DNA from: a virus
Taxonomy: Duplodnaviria; Heunggongvirae; Uroviricota; Caudoviricetes
Length of the DNA stretch: 57,929 nucleotides
Virus record (IMG/VR): IMGVR_UViG_2698536610_000002
Reading direction: 5' to 3' (one strand)
Shown here: in pieces, positions 9,669-23,180 of the stretch
Layout of the letters: each line of letters starts with the position of its first letter
Numbering within the stretch: position 1 is the first letter of the stretch
Made by a program: the position numbers and the translations under genes
Notes under the pieces: model-generated
Told to the model about the DNA's origin: nothing
Seen by the model: only the letters and a program-made list of their open reading frames with translations
Databases searched by the model: none

Positions 9669-9879
9669 AAGAATTAACTGAAAAGAGGAAGGTTTGATGA
9701 GTTTTTTTACGTGAATTAACACGTAAGACTGCTGGTTATTAAACCATCACATTAGATATCTAAAAATTGTGATCGGTATCTCCCTACTATAAAAAAAAGT
9801 AGTTGAATATACGGTCTATACTTGAAATAAATAAAAGTATTCTTATTTTTTAGATTCTGTGTTGTGAAAAGGAATTTTT

Positions 9880-10911
9880 ATGTCCTCGAATATTTTATCT
9901 GGTGAAAAAGTAATCAATAAAATTGCTGAAAAGTTGAGCGATTATAAATATCCTCCGGCTGAAGGTATGAACTCTGAACATGTCAGCAAATGGATTAAGC
10001 AATTTGCAGTGGAGGATAGACGATTTATCTTAGATGAAACGCTTTATCTACTTAATGCAGGTTACCTATCCGAAAGTCAATATCAACGAAAAATAAAAGC
10101 CATTGCAAGAAGTGAAAAGAACGCGAAATTCTTCAGATATGCAGGTTTTTTAGATATTCAAAAAAAAGGTTCTAGTCAGAAGGAATTGCTTAAATCTCTT
10201 TATGAAACAGTAGGGATCAAATTTAACATCGTTACTGAATCATCAACTCAAGATGAAGTAAATAAATTTGATACATTTGTATATATTGATGATGTGTCGT
10301 TTTCAGGAGAAAAGGCCATCAAATCGATAAGTAATTTTGTTTTAAAATTTAATTTAAGAGATATTAAATTCAATGTATATTTTTTTTCATCTCATACGTT
10401 ATCTGACTATAATATAAAAAGACGATTAGAATATATTTTTAAGGATAGAAACATTTTTGTACACGTGAAGAATGGTGGTATGCGTGAGGTTGAAAACCGA
10501 AAAAGTCGTTCTGCTCAATCAGGTGTTTTCTGGCCAAGGAAATATAGTGTAGATACTCCCGAGAAATTCGAGGAGTGTGAGCTTTACAAAGGCGTATTCA
10601 GAGATGGATATGCCTCTTCTGATAGTTTTAGAAATGAAGCCTCAAGGGATCGTTTCGAATCTATCCTTACTAAAGTCGGCTTTAATATCTTGCTGCACAG
10701 GAAAACCCCTAGTGAGGTGCTCAAACCTCTAGGTTTTTCTACTTTTGACGGTTTGGGTTTTGGGGGAACAACATTTACTTATCGAAATTGCCCGAATAAT
10801 GTGCCGCTGGCTTTTTGGTGGGGAGATTATGAACCAACAGGTGCTCCCGCATTGGACTGCTGGTATCCACTAATGAAGCGGAATGGGTATAATGAGTGGT
10901 ATGAGCTATAG
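9880..10911 (+). CDS. Uncharacterised 343-aa protein, upstream partner of a NADAR gene
   Basis: AT-rich ORF with SD aagga 7 nt upstream; internal FVYIDDVSFSGEKA weakly resembles a PRPP-binding (PRTase) loop; no confident family assignment. Confidence 0.8.
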   Translation: MSSNILSGEKVINKIAEKLSDYKYPPAEGMNSEHVSKWIKQFAVEDRRFILDETLYLLNAGYLSESQYQRKIKAIARSEKNAKFFRYAGFLDIQKKGSSQKELLKSLYETVGIKFNIVTESSTQDEVNKFDTFVYIDDVSFSGEKAIKSISNFVLKFNLRDIKFNVYFFSSHTLSDYNIKRRLEYIFKDRNIFVHVKNGGMREVENRKSRSAQSGVFWPRKYSVDTPEKFEECELYKGVFRDGYASSDSFRNEASRDRFESILTKVGFNILLHRKTPSEVLKPLGFSTFDGLGFGGTTFTYRNCPNNVPLAFWWGDYEPTGAPALDCWYPLMKRNGYNEWYEL

Positions 10912-11512
10912 ATTATATCCGCTACAGAACACAGTTTCCTTCAGGAAAACCACCGAAAAATGGGGGGGGCTTTCCAACATGGCTAAAGGATATCCATTGT
11001 TAATCAATGGGTTGCCTATTCAATCAAGTGAAATCCTTTACCAAGCATGCCGATATCCAGACTATCCGGATATACAAAAGGCCATCATTACTCAAGGAAA
11101 CCCCTATGAAGCCAAGCAGACCGCAAGATCGTTTGAATCCAAAACTCGCGCAGGATGGGATAAGAATCGAGTTTCGATTATGAAGTGGTGTGTATGCGTA
11201 AAATTATGCCAGAACTGGGATACGTTCTTTGCGCTGTTAGACAGTACAGGCGACCATTTCATCGTGGAACACTCAGAGAAGGACCAATTCTGGGGTGCCA
11301 GTAAAGACCCAGAAGGTAACTATTATGGTATGAACGTATTAGGGCGAATTCTCATGGACGTGAGAGGGGTTGCTAGGAAAAAGGGGGCTGATGGGTTTGC
11401 AACAATACCATCGCTATCTTTGGACAAATTTTTTCTCCTAGGCGAAAGAATTAAAGATGTAACATTTGTAGAGCCAACGCCTGGAGCAGGGCAAAGTTTA
11501 TCCTTGTTTTAG
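10883..11512 (+). CDS. NADAR-domain protein (YbiA-like N-glycosidase/ADP-ribose-processing superfamily)
   Basis: 209 aa; N-terminal GGLSNM-type signature (WGGLSNMAKGYPL) and overall YbiA/DUF1768-like layout; overlaps the upstream gene by 29 nt. Confidence 0.7.
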   Translation: MGIMSGMSYRLYPLQNTVSFRKTTEKWGGLSNMAKGYPLLINGLPIQSSEILYQACRYPDYPDIQKAIITQGNPYEAKQTARSFESKTRAGWDKNRVSIMKWCVCVKLCQNWDTFFALLDSTGDHFIVEHSEKDQFWGASKDPEGNYYGMNVLGRILMDVRGVARKKGADGFATIPSLSLDKFFLLGERIKDVTFVEPTPGAGQSLSLF

Positions 11513-11772
11513 CGTTCCATCTGGGGCATTTTCTTCCATAAATTAACTGGCGTACCTCCCTCGGCGTTTTTTTGTTGCCATAAAAGGTTTTTGATTTTCT
11601 ATAATCAACCAGCCATAATCATGTCACCGGAGCCTGAACAACTCCGGTGACTTCTGCGCTAAACGGGGACGTTTATGCGCACATACAATCTAAACTCTCT
11701 TCTCCCGCCACAGATGCAGAAATGCACCTGCGATTTTTTGCATCCAGCGTTTGACCTCTGCGGAGGTGAAGC

Positions 11773-12228
11773 GTGAACCTCCCACAAGACGGCATCAAAC
11801 TTCATCGCGGTAACTTCACCGCTATCGGTCAGCAGCTCCAGCCTTATCTGGAGGACGGCAAGTGCTTCCGCATGGTACTGAAGCCATGGCGCGATAAGCG
11901 CAGCCTGTCTCAAAATAGCTTAAGCCACATGTGGTACACCGAAATCAGCGAATACCTCATCAGCCGGGGTAAGACTTTCGCTACGCCAGAGTGGGTGAAG
12001 GATGCTCTGAAACACACTTATCTCGGTTATGAAACCAAAGAACTGGTTGATGTCGTAACCGGTGATATCACCACTATCCAGTCGTTACGCCATACCTCCG
12101 ATCTTGATACCGGAGAGATGTATGTCTTCCTGTGTAAGGTTGAAGCCTGGGCGATGAATATTGGTTGCCACCTGACTATTCCGCAGCGCTGCGAGTTCCA
12201 GCTGCTGCGCGACAAGCAGGAGGCGTAA
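11773..12228 (+). CDS. ybcN: NinB/YbcN-family protein
   Basis: GTG start with ggagg SD; 151 aa in the ninB position; recalled as a DLP12 YbcN homologue. Confidence 0.7.
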   Translation: MNLPQDGIKLHRGNFTAIGQQLQPYLEDGKCFRMVLKPWRDKRSLSQNSLSHMWYTEISEYLISRGKTFATPEWVKDALKHTYLGYETKELVDVVTGDITTIQSLRHTSDLDTGEMYVFLCKVEAWAMNIGCHLTIPQRCEFQLLRDKQEA

Positions 12229-12398
12229 TGGCTACACCGCTTATTCGTGTCATGAACGGACACATCTACAAAGTACCAAATCGTCGTAAGCGTAAACCTG
12301 AGCTGAAGCCATCCGAAATACCAACTCTGCTCGGATATACCGCCAGCCTGGTTGATAAAAAATGGTTGCGACTGGCAGCAAGGAGGAATCATGGCTGA
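12228..12398 (+). CDS. ninE: NinE-family protein
   Basis: 56 aa [28 protein letters not shown]...; TAATG overlap with the upstream gene. Confidence 0.65.
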   Translation: MATPLIRVMNGHIYKVPNRRKRKPELKPSEIPTLLGYTASLVDKKWLRLAARRNHG

Positions 12399-12681
12399 TT
12401 TGAGAAAAGCAGCGCGTGGTCGGGAATGCCAGGTAAGAATCCCTGGCGTATGTAATGGCAATTCTGAAACGTCTGTACTGGCACATATCCGGCTGGCTGG
12501 ATTGTGCGGTACCGGTATCAAACCGCCAGACCTGATTGCCACCATTGCATGTTCTGCCTGCCACGACGAAATCGACCGCCGCACACATTTTGTCGATGCT
12601 GCATATGCAAAAGAATGCGCGCTGGAAGGTATGGCGAGAACACAGGTTATCTGGCTGAAAGAGGGGGTTATTAAGGCGTGA
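12391..12681 (+). CDS. ybcO: YbcO-like protein (DUF1364)
   Basis: 96 aa [42 protein letters not shown]... matches DLP12 YbcO from memory. Confidence 0.8.
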   Translation: MADLRKAARGRECQVRIPGVCNGNSETSVLAHIRLAGLCGTGIKPPDLIATIACSACHDEIDRRTHFVDAAYAKECALEGMARTQVIWLKEGVIKA

Positions 12682-13040
12682 ATACCTACAGCATCACATT
12701 ACCCTGGCCTCCGAGCAATAATCGCTATTACCGCCATAATCGCGGGCGCACGCACATCAGCGCAGAAGGGCAGGCATACCGCGATAACGTCACCCGAATC
12801 ATTAAAAACGCAATGCTGGATATCGGCCTGGCTATGCCAGTGAAAATCCGTATTGAGTGCCACATGCCGGATCGCCGTCGCCGTGACCTGGATAATCTGC
12901 AAAAAGCCGCTTTTGACGCACTCACCAAAGCAGGTTTCTGGCTGGATGATGCTCTGGTCGTTGATTACCGCGTTGTGAAGATGCCTGTTACCAAAGGTGG
13001 GAGGCTGGAACTGACCATCACCGAAATGGGGAATGAATGA
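12678..13040 (+). CDS. rusA: Holliday-junction resolvase RusA
   Basis: 120 aa [38 protein letters not shown]... with the RusA catalytic DLDN region. Confidence 0.9.
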   Translation: MNTYSITLPWPPSNNRYYRHNRGRTHISAEGQAYRDNVTRIIKNAMLDIGLAMPVKIRIECHMPDRRRRDLDNLQKAAFDALTKAGFWLDDALVVDYRVVKMPVTKGGRLELTITEMGNE

Positions 13041-13177
13041 TGTTTGAGTTTTATATGGCAGAACTTCTTCGCCACCGCTGGGGGCATCTGCGCTTATATC
13101 GTTTCCCCGGTTCTGTTTTGACCGATTACCGAATACTGAAGAATTACGCCAAAACCCTGACAGGAGCAGGAGTATGA
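13037..13177 (+). CDS. ylcG: YlcG-like small protein
   Basis: 46 aa [46 protein letters not shown]. Confidence 0.6.
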   Translation: MMFEFYMAELLRHRWGHLRLYRFPGSVLTDYRILKNYAKTLTGAGV

Positions 13178-13262
13178 AGTCAGAGATAACAATCAACTAA
13201 TACTGTTTTGTTGATTTTTGCTTGTAATTGGCGTTCTGGTCTGATTTTTGTGGAGTAAGTTG

Positions 13263-13646
13263 ATGCGTGATATTCAGATGGTTCTTGAGCGTTGGGGAGC
13301 GTGGGCGGCTAATAATCATGAAGATGTGACCTGGTCGTCCATTGCCGCCGGTTTTAAGGGATTAATTACTTCAAAAGTAAAATCTCGCCCGCAATGTTGT
13401 GACGATGACGCGATGATTATTTGCGGGTGCATGGCCCGTCTGAAAAAGAACAACAGCGATTTGCACGATTTATTAGTAGATTATTATGTAGTCGGTATGA
13501 CATTCATGTCACTGGCAGGTAAGCATTGCTGCTCTGATGGTTATATCGGGAAAAGGTTACAGAAGGCTGAGGGCATAATTGAAGGGATGTTAATGGCATT
13601 AGATATCCGGTTAGAGATGGATATCGTTGTTAATAACTCTAATTAA
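13263..13646 (+). CDS. quuD: Late-gene antiterminator Q (QuuD-like)
   Basis: ATG 13263 with ggag SD; [24 protein letters not shown]...; sits upstream of the lysis cassette. Confidence 0.8.
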   Translation: MRDIQMVLERWGAWAANNHEDVTWSSIAAGFKGLITSKVKSRPQCCDDDAMIICGCMARLKKNNSDLHDLLVDYYVVGMTFMSLAGKHCCSDGYIGKRLQKAEGIIEGMLMALDIRLEMDIVVNNSN

Positions 13647-13765
13647 TATGCCAATTGTTTACTAAAAATTATTAAAAATGGGGCGTTGCAACGCCCCCAA
13701 AAATAAAGGGTAATATATAACAGAAGGTTTATATAGTTAGAAGCAAGGTTGTGCTCCTAAAGGAA

Positions 13766-13785
13766 GTGGCTTGAGGGAGCCACTT
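13766..13785 (-). terminator. Candidate rho-independent terminator downstream of the porin gene
   Basis: Hairpin agtggc-ttgaggga-gccact followed on the minus strand by uuccuuu; a second hairpin gggaggc-aaa-gcctccc lies at 13794-13810. Confidence 0.4.
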
Positions 13786-13834
13786 ATATGTTGGGGAGGC
13801 AAAGCCTCCCGCAACATATCTTTTAGTAATCAAA

Positions 13835-14917
13835 TTAGAACTGGTAAACCATACCTACAGCAACGATATCATCGGTAGCAACGCCAGATGCTTTCGTGAA
13901 ATCGCTCTTATCAATCAGGTTGATTTTGTAATCAACAAAAGTGGACATATTTTTGTTGAAGTAATAGGTTGCACCTACATCAATATATTCAACCAGGTCC
14001 TGATCACCCCACGCACCCAAGTCTTTTCCTTTAGATTGCAGGTAAGCAACGGACGGACGCAGACCGAAGTCGAACTGATATTGTGCAACTACTTCGAAGT
14101 TTTGTGCTTTGTTGGCAATATGGTTATTACCAAAAACAGTCATGTTCTGGGTTTCAGAATAGGTGGTAGCCAGATAGATGTTGTTCGCATCATATTTCAG
14201 ACCAGCTGCCCATACTTCAGCATTTTGACCAGATGCATTCAGGCTGTTGTTACCGTAGATAACCTGATTATTAGTGCGGTCAGATTTAGCATAGGTTGCA
14301 CCTACACCGAATCCTTCATACTCATAAGTAGTGGAGAAACCGAAACCATCACCATTAGCTTCAGTTACGTCAGTGCGGTCATTTTTACCCTGATACTGAG
14401 CAGCAAAGTTCAGACCATCAACCAGACCAAAGAAGTCGTTGTTACGATAAGTTGCAACACCAGTGGTGCGACCAGTCATGAACACATCTGTTTGGGTCCA
14501 GGTATCGCCACCGAATTCTGGCAGAACGTCAGTCCACGCACCGATGTCATATGCTACACCGTAGTTACGGCCGTAATCGATTGAGCCGTAGTCCCCGAAT
14601 TTCAGGCCTGCAAATGCAAGACGGGTTTTGTCTTTGGAGGAGCCTTGAGATTCAGCGCGGTTGCCTTTGAATTCATATTCCCACTGACCGAAACCAGTCA
14701 GTTGATCGTTGATTTGGGTTTCACCTTTGAAGCCAAGACGGGCATAAGTAGTATCACCATCATCTGCATCATTAGAGGAGAAGTAGTGCTTGGCATTAAC
14801 TTTCCCATATAGATCCAGCTTGTTACTGTCTTTATTATAAATTTCAGCTGCCTGAGCAGACATCGCCATCAGTACTGATGCAGCTACAGCAGAAATTGCC
14901 ACTGTTAATTTTTTCAT
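13835..14917 (-). CDS. nmpC: Outer-membrane porin (NmpC/OmpD-like), intact
   Basis: Start at [23 protein letters not shown] signal peptide; C-terminal ...VAVGMVYQF ending in Phe typical of porins. Confidence 0.9.
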   Translation of the reverse strand: MKKLTVAISAVAASVLMAMSAQAAEIYNKDSNKLDLYGKVNAKHYFSSNDADDGDTTYARLGFKGETQINDQLTGFGQWEYEFKGNRAESQGSSKDKTRLAFAGLKFGDYGSIDYGRNYGVAYDIGAWTDVLPEFGGDTWTQTDVFMTGRTTGVATYRNNDFFGLVDGLNFAAQYQGKNDRTDVTEANGDGFGFSTTYEYEGFGVGATYAKSDRTNNQVIYGNNSLNASGQNAEVWAAGLKYDANNIYLATTYSETQNMTVFGNNHIANKAQNFEVVAQYQFDFGLRPSVAYLQSKGKDLGAWGDQDLVEYIDVGATYYFNKNMSTFVDYKINLIDKSDFTKASGVATDDIVAVGMVYQF

Positions 14918-15504
14918 CGTGAGCCCTTTTTTTGAACTATTATTAAAAAATGATGTCACTGCGCGATAAATATTCATCTAATCAATGTGATTATTTCAAG
15001 ATGTAAGTTTTAGTTTCTCATTTAATTTGTGAAGTAGATCTCTATTTTTATCTGAACTTTTTCTATCGAAACCTATTTATGGCTCTTATTTGAACAAAAA
15101 TAAACCTATTAGCTAATTTATATTAATGGTTGTTATTTATGGAGGTTCTATAATTCGGCAGTTTAATTTAAATCAACTAAAAATAACGCCTGAAATTATT
15201 TATTGGTTATTTGTTGAGGTTTTCTTATGTATTTGTGGTGGTGTTTTGAACACTCGGTAGCATTCTCATAAATATCATTCAGTGGTTTACGTACGTAAAA
15301 AATTGGTTATGCTGTTAAGAGTGGTTACTTCGTCACACAGCTTAAACCCGCCGTCGAGCTGGTTTTTCCATTTTCTGAGTCTCGATATTAGCTGATAACT
15401 CAATACCTGAGTTATTCACTGACTCCGAGTCTGTTACGTTTCTGCTTTTTTGCGATACGTTGTATTCCCTCAATTTACACCCGCTTTGTCTGCGAGGTGG
15501 GGTT

Positions 15505-15720
15505 ATGAAATCCATGGATAAGTTAACAACGGGTGTCGCCTATGGCACCTCAGCAGGTAGTGCCGGTTACTGGTTTTTACAGCTGCTCGATAAAGTCACG
15601 CCCTCACAGTGGGCAGCAATAGGTGTGCTGGGTAGCCTGGTATTTGGCCTGCTGACGTACCTGACAAACCTTTATTTCAAGATTAAAGAAGATAAGCGCA
15701 AGGCTGCGAGAGGTGAATAA
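15505..15720 (+). CDS. essD: Class I holin with dual-start motif (MKSM)
   Basis: atgaaatccatgg gives Met1-Lys-Ser-Met4; hydrophobic TM segments; 71 aa. Confidence 0.85.
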
Positions 15721-16217
15721 TGCCTCCATCATTACGAAAAGCCGTTGCTGCTGCTATTGGTGGCGGAGCAATTGCTATAGCATCAGTGTTAATCACTGGC
15801 CCAAGTGGTAACGATGGTCTGGAAGGTGTCAGCTACATACCATACAAAGATATTGTTGGTGTATGGACTGTATGTCACGGGCATACAGGAAAAGACATCA
15901 TGCTCGGTAAAACGTATACCAAAGCAGAATGCAAAGCCCTCCTGAATAAAGACCTTGCCACGGTCGCCAGACAAATTAACCCGTACATAAAAGTTGATAT
16001 ACCGGAAACAACGCGCGGCGCTCTTTACTCGTTCGTTTACAACGTGGGCGCTGGCAATTTCAGAACATCGACGCTTCTTCGCAAAATAAACCAGGGCGAT
16101 ATCAAAGGCGCATGTGATCAGCTACGTCGCTGGACATATGCTGGCGGTAAGCAATGGAAAGGTCTCATGACTCGTCGTGAGATTGAGCGTGAAATCTGTT
16201 TGTGGGGTCAGCAATGA
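15720..16217 (+). CDS. rrrD: Phage lysozyme (endolysin)
   Basis: 165 aa; start overlaps holin stop (TAATG); sequence matches DLP12/phage 21-type lysozyme from memory. Confidence 0.9.
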   Translation: MPPSLRKAVAAAIGGGAIAIASVLITGPSGNDGLEGVSYIPYKDIVGVWTVCHGHTGKDIMLGKTYTKAECKALLNKDLATVARQINPYIKVDIPETTRGALYSFVYNVGAGNFRTSTLLRKINQGDIKGACDQLRRWTYAGGKQWKGLMTRREIEREICLWGQQ

Positions 16218-16675
16218 ACAGAGTAACCGCGATTATCTCCGCTCTGGTTATCTGCATCATCGTCTGCCTGTCATGGGCTGTTAATCATTACCGTGATAAC
16301 GCCATTACCTACAAAGCCCAGCGCGACAAAAATGCCAGAGAACTGAAGCTGGCGAACGCGGCAATTACTGACATGCAGATGCGCCAGCGTGATGTTGCTG
16401 CACTGGATGAAAAATACACGAAGGAGTTAGCTAATGCGAAAGCTGAAAATGATGCTCTGCGTGATGATGTTGCCGCTGGTCGTCGTCGGTTGCACATCAA
16501 AGCAGTCTGTCAGTCAGTGCGTGAAGCCACCACCGCCTCCGGCGTGGATAATGCAGCCTCCCCCCGACTGGCAGACACCGCTGAACGGGATTATTTCACC
16601 CTCAGAGAGAGGCTGATCACTATGCAAAAACAACTGGAAGGAACCCAGAAGTATATTAATGAGCAGTGCAGATAG
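16214..16675 (+). CDS. rzpD: Rz-like spanin (inner-membrane subunit)
   Basis: [20 protein letters not shown]-terminal TM, coiled-coil remainder; overlaps the lysozyme stop. Confidence 0.85.
   Translation: MNRVTAIISALVICIIVCLSWAVNHYRDNAITYKAQRDKNARELKLANAAITDMQMRQRDVAALDEKYTKELANAKAENDALRDDVAAGRRRLHIKAVCQSVREATTASGVDNAASPRLADTAERDYFTLRERLITMQKQLEGTQKYINEQCR
16434..16616 (+). CDS. rzoD: Rz1-like spanin lipoprotein embedded in the +1 frame of Rz
   Basis: 60 aa [20 protein letters not shown] lipobox, Pro-rich [13 protein letters not shown]. Confidence 0.8.
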   Translation: MRKLKMMLCVMMLPLVVVGCTSKQSVSQCVKPPPPPAWIMQPPPDWQTPLNGIISPSERG

Positions 16676-16706
16676 AGCTGCCCATGTCGATGGGCAACTC
16701 ATGCAA

Positions 16707-17000
16707 TTATTGTGAGCAATACACCCGCGCTTCCAGCGGAGTATAAATGCCTAAAGTAATAAAACCGAGCAATCCATTTACGAATGTTTGCTGGGTTTCT
16801 GTTTTAACAACATTTTCTGCGCCGCCACAAATTTTGGCTGCATCAACAGTTTTCTCCTGTCCAATTCCCGAAACGAAGAAATGATGGGTGATGGTTTCCT
16901 TTGGTGTTACTGCTGTCGGTTTGTTTCCAACAGTAAACGTCTGTTGAGCACATCCTGTAATAAGCATTGCCAGAGCGGCAGAAAACAACATTTTTTTCAT
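16707..17000 (-). CDS. bor: Bor lipoprotein (serum-resistance family)
   Basis: Start at MKKMLFSAALAMLITGC; 97 aa matching Bor/Iss family from memory. Confidence 0.9.
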   Translation of the reverse strand: MKKMLFSAALAMLITGCAQQTFTVGNKPTAVTPKETITHHFFVSGIGQEKTVDAAKICGGAENVVKTETQQTFVNGLLGFITLGIYTPLEARVYCSQ

Positions 17001-17365
17001 CTTATTATCCTGCATTGTTAAAAACGGCAGAATCCTATGTGACAACAATTAAACGATAGTTAAATGGATTGATGAAAATTAAAACTAAAACTATATAGGT
17101 GGATGCTCAGCCTATTGGATGAGGGGGGCACTCAGAATCCTGTGGAATGAAATAAACCGCTCTATCTGTCCATTACCCTTTTAGCTGCGCTGTATCGTCG
17201 CCGTATTCCCGCATTAACCATGACCGTAGCCCGACGGGGAATTCCTTCTGCGTGAGTGTGCGGGAATAATCAAAAACGATGCACACCGGGTTTTACTGTG
17301 CTGACAGACGCAGGGTTACCCTCATAGTCGCTTTTCCGGTGCGATGGTGGAAGAAACCGGGATGT

Positions 17366-17560
17366 TTATTCATCATCACTTTGGATTGATGTATATGCTC
17401 TCTTTTCTGACGTTAGTCTCCGACGGCAGGCTTCAATGACCCAGGCTGAGAAATTCCCAGCCCCTTTTTGCTCAAGAGCGATGTTAATTTGTTCAATCAT
17501 TTGGTTAGGAAAGCGGATGTTGCGGGTTGTTGTTCTGCGGGTTCTGTTCTTCGTTGACAT
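17366..17560 (-). CDS. Small hypothetical protein
   Basis: 64 aa; Arg-rich N-terminus; lies between bor and cos. Confidence 0.45.
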   Translation of the reverse strand: MSTKNRTRRTTTRNIRFPNQMIEQINIALEQKGAGNFSAWVIEACRRRLTSEKRAYTSIQSDDE

Positions 17561-17759
17561 GAGGTTGCCCCGTATTCAGTGTCGCTGATTTGTATTGTCT
17601 GAAGTTGTTTTTACGTTAAGTTGATGCAGATCAATTAATACGATACCTGCGTCATAATTGATTATTTGACGTGGTTTGATGGCGTAGATGCACGTTGTGA
17701 CATGTAGATGATAATTATTATCATTTTGCGGGTCCTTTCCGGCGATCCGACAGGTTACG

Positions 17760-17771
17760 GGGCGGCGACCT
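17760..17771. other. cosN cohesive-end site of the prophage (gggcggcgacct) with flanking cosQ/cosB
   Basis: ...cgatccgacaggttacg gggcggcgacct cgcgggttttcgctatttatgaaaattttccggtttaagg... identical in layout to the lambda cos region; Nu1 starts 178 nt downstream. Confidence 0.9.
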
Positions 17772-17948
17772 CGCGGGTTTTCGCTATTTATGAAAATTTT
17801 CCGGTTTAAGGCGTTTCCGTTCTTCTTCGTCGTAACTTAATGTTTTTATTTAAAATACCCCCTAAAAAGAAAGGAAACGACAGGTGCTGAAAACGAACTT
17901 TTGGGCCTCTGTCGTTTCCTTTCTCTGTTTTTGGCCGTGGAATGAACA

Positions 17949-18468
17949 ATGGAAGTCAACAAAAAGCAGCTGGCTGACATTTTCGGTGCGAGTATCCGTA
18001 CCATTCAGAACTGGCAGGAACAGGGAATGCCCGTTCTGCGAGGCGGTGGCAAGGGTAATGAGGTGCTTTATGACTCTGCCGCCGTTATAAGATGGTATGC
18101 CGAAAGGGATGCTGAAATTGAGAACGAAAAGCTGCGCCGGGAAGTTGAAGAACTGCGGCGGGCCAGCGAGACAGATCTCCAGCCAGGGACTATTGAGTAC
18201 GAACGCCATCGACTTACGCGTGCGCAGGCCGACGCACAGGAGCTGAAAAATGCCAGAGACTCCGCTGAAGTGGTGGAAACCGCATTCTGTACTTTCGTGC
18301 TGTCGCGGATCGCAGGTGAAATTGCCAGTATTCTCGACGGGATCCCCCTGTCGGTGCAGCGGCGTTTTCCGGAACTGGAAAACCGACATGTTGATTTCCT
18401 GAAACGGGATATCATCAAAGCCATGAACAAAGCAGCCGCGCTGGATGAACTGATATCGGGGTTGCTGA

Positions 18469-18494
<26 letters not shown>
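17949..18494 (+). CDS. Nu1: Terminase small subunit Nu1
   Basis: 181 aa MEVNKKQLADIFGASIRTIQNWQEQGMPVLRGGGKGNEV... matches lambda Nu1. Confidence 0.95.
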
Positions 18495-21475
<2,981 letters not shown>

Positions 21476-21552
21476 AACCCTTGCTGCGTCTGGAATGTCG
21501 TTTTCCATGCTTTTGATGACCGTTCATCACCCTTCCAGTTTTTCGCGGTTTT

Positions 21553-21604
21553 GTGTATTGCAATGTGTATTGCAAATTGGCGATCGGGATGGGTGTGTAT
21601 TGCA
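21553..21604 (+). repeat. Three direct copies of gtgtattgca next to the left junction (candidate integrase arm-type sites)
   Basis: gtgtattgca at 21553-21562, 21565-21574, 21595-21604, just upstream of the island int start (21624). Confidence 0.5.
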
Positions 21605-21623
21605 AATCTCTTGAGGGCTTTTA

Positions 21624-22865
21624 ATGGCTATTGAAAACAAACTCAGTGACAAACTGTTAAAGAGTCTTGTCGGAAAACGGCAGGACAAACAAAAAACAAT
21701 AGCGGATGGGCGCGGGTTGTCTGTGCGTGTAAGCATGGTTGGGGGGATCAGCTTTGTTTTTTACTATCGTCTTGGTGGCAGGGAATCCCCTCCGGTATGG
21801 CTTACACTTGGTCGCTATCCTGACATGTCTCTTGCAACGGCCAGGCGCATGCGTGATCAGTGCCGTGAATGGCTAGCTGAAAATCTGGACCCCCGCAGGC
21901 AAATAAAACTTGCTGCCGAAAAAACTATGCAACCAGTGACCGTAAGGGATGCGCTGTTTTACTGGTACGACAATCACGCCACAACAGCCAGAAAAGAGCA
22001 TGAATATTTAATAAAACGATTTGAAAAGCATATCTTCCCCTATATCGGTGATATGGCTATAGAACAGTGCAAATTACACACATGGCTTACCGTCTTTGAC
22101 AGGATCAAAAAAAATGCGCCTGTTATGTCTGGTGCAATTTTTCTTGATATCAAACAGGCGTTGCGTTTTTGTCGCGTCAGGCAATACATCGCGTGCGATC
22201 CCTTTGGAGATATTAACGTAAGTTATGTCGGGCGCTCATCCGGTATAAGGGATCGCGTTCTTAATATCAATGAAACCGCTGATGTATGGTCTTATGCTTA
22301 CGGTAATAATTTGCTAACTCTGTCATCAATATATAACCGAAGAATAATGGTTATCTGCCTGGTGTTTGGTTGCCGACAGCAGGAGGCGAGGCTATCCACC
22401 TGGGACGAATGGGATTTAAAAAACTGGGTATGGACAGTCCCAAAAGAGCACAGCAAAAACAAGGAGGCTATAGTAAGGCCTGTTCCTGACGGAATAAAAC
22501 AATGGATCGTTAATCTTTACGCAGAAACAAAAAATCGCGGTTATGTTGTCGGTTGTGCTTTGCAAAGGGCGACAATAACAGGGGCTGCAAACAGAATATG
22601 CAGGCGTCTTGGTCATGATACTAATGGCTTGTGGTGCATACATGATTTCAGGCGCACATTTTCCACTACGCTTAATGATATGGGGGCGGATCCTTATATT
22701 GTCGAACTTCTTTTAGGTCATAAAGTGAAAGGGGTTGCTGGTGTTTACAATAAAAGCAGGCATATAAAGAAAAAACTTGAGGTGCTTAATATGTGGGTTA
22801 ATTACCTTAATACGATAGCAGGATTTAACAACAACGTTATCGAGCTTAATAAAGAGGTGGTGTGA
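21624..22865 (+). CDS. int: P4-type tyrosine integrase
   Basis: 413 aa; N-terminal arm-binding-like region GRGLSVRVSMVGGISFVFYYR; C-terminal HDFRRTF...LLGHK...GVYNKS catalytic motifs. Confidence 0.9.
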   Translation: MAIENKLSDKLLKSLVGKRQDKQKTIADGRGLSVRVSMVGGISFVFYYRLGGRESPPVWLTLGRYPDMSLATARRMRDQCREWLAENLDPRRQIKLAAEKTMQPVTVRDALFYWYDNHATTARKEHEYLIKRFEKHIFPYIGDMAIEQCKLHTWLTVFDRIKKNAPVMSGAIFLDIKQALRFCRVRQYIACDPFGDINVSYVGRSSGIRDRVLNINETADVWSYAYGNNLLTLSSIYNRRIMVICLVFGCRQQEARLSTWDEWDLKNWVWTVPKEHSKNKEAIVRPVPDGIKQWIVNLYAETKNRGYVVGCALQRATITGAANRICRRLGHDTNGLWCIHDFRRTFSTTLNDMGADPYIVELLLGHKVKGVAGVYNKSRHIKKKLEVLNMWVNYLNTIAGFNNNVIELNKEVV

Positions 22866-22866
22866 T

Positions 22867-23124
22867 ATGGCAATTTATTCTCTTGTTGATGAAAACGATT
22901 TGCGCACAATGAAGGACATTGATCGGTTCATTCGTGAAAAAGAGTGCATAGCACTTACCACGCTGGCAAACTCAACACGCTGGAAAATGGAGCAGGCAGG
23001 TAAATTCCCGCGACGTATCAAGATCGGTGAACGTGCTGCAGGGTATCGACTTTCAGAGGTTCAGGCATGGATCCGTGGTGAGTGGCATCCTGGATGGAAA
23101 CCTGGAAAAACAAAACAGCAATAA
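22867..23124 (+). CDS. alpA: AlpA-family transcriptional regulator/excisionase-like protein
   Basis: 85 aa; KFPRRIKIGERAAGYRLSEVQAWIRGEW pattern typical of AlpA. Confidence 0.7.
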   Translation: MAIYSLVDENDLRTMKDIDRFIREKECIALTTLANSTRWKMEQAGKFPRRIKIGERAAGYRLSEVQAWIRGEWHPGWKPGKTKQQ

Positions 23125-23180
23125 CCAGTAAATAATGCCCCTCATCACGAGGGGTTTTTTGTCTATAAGGTAAAAACGCG

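Noticed and set aside
11659-11913. 84-aa minus-strand ORF overlapping the ninB start
   Set aside because: Antisense to the ninB/ybcN start and to the hairpin at 11623-11651; no support as a gene.
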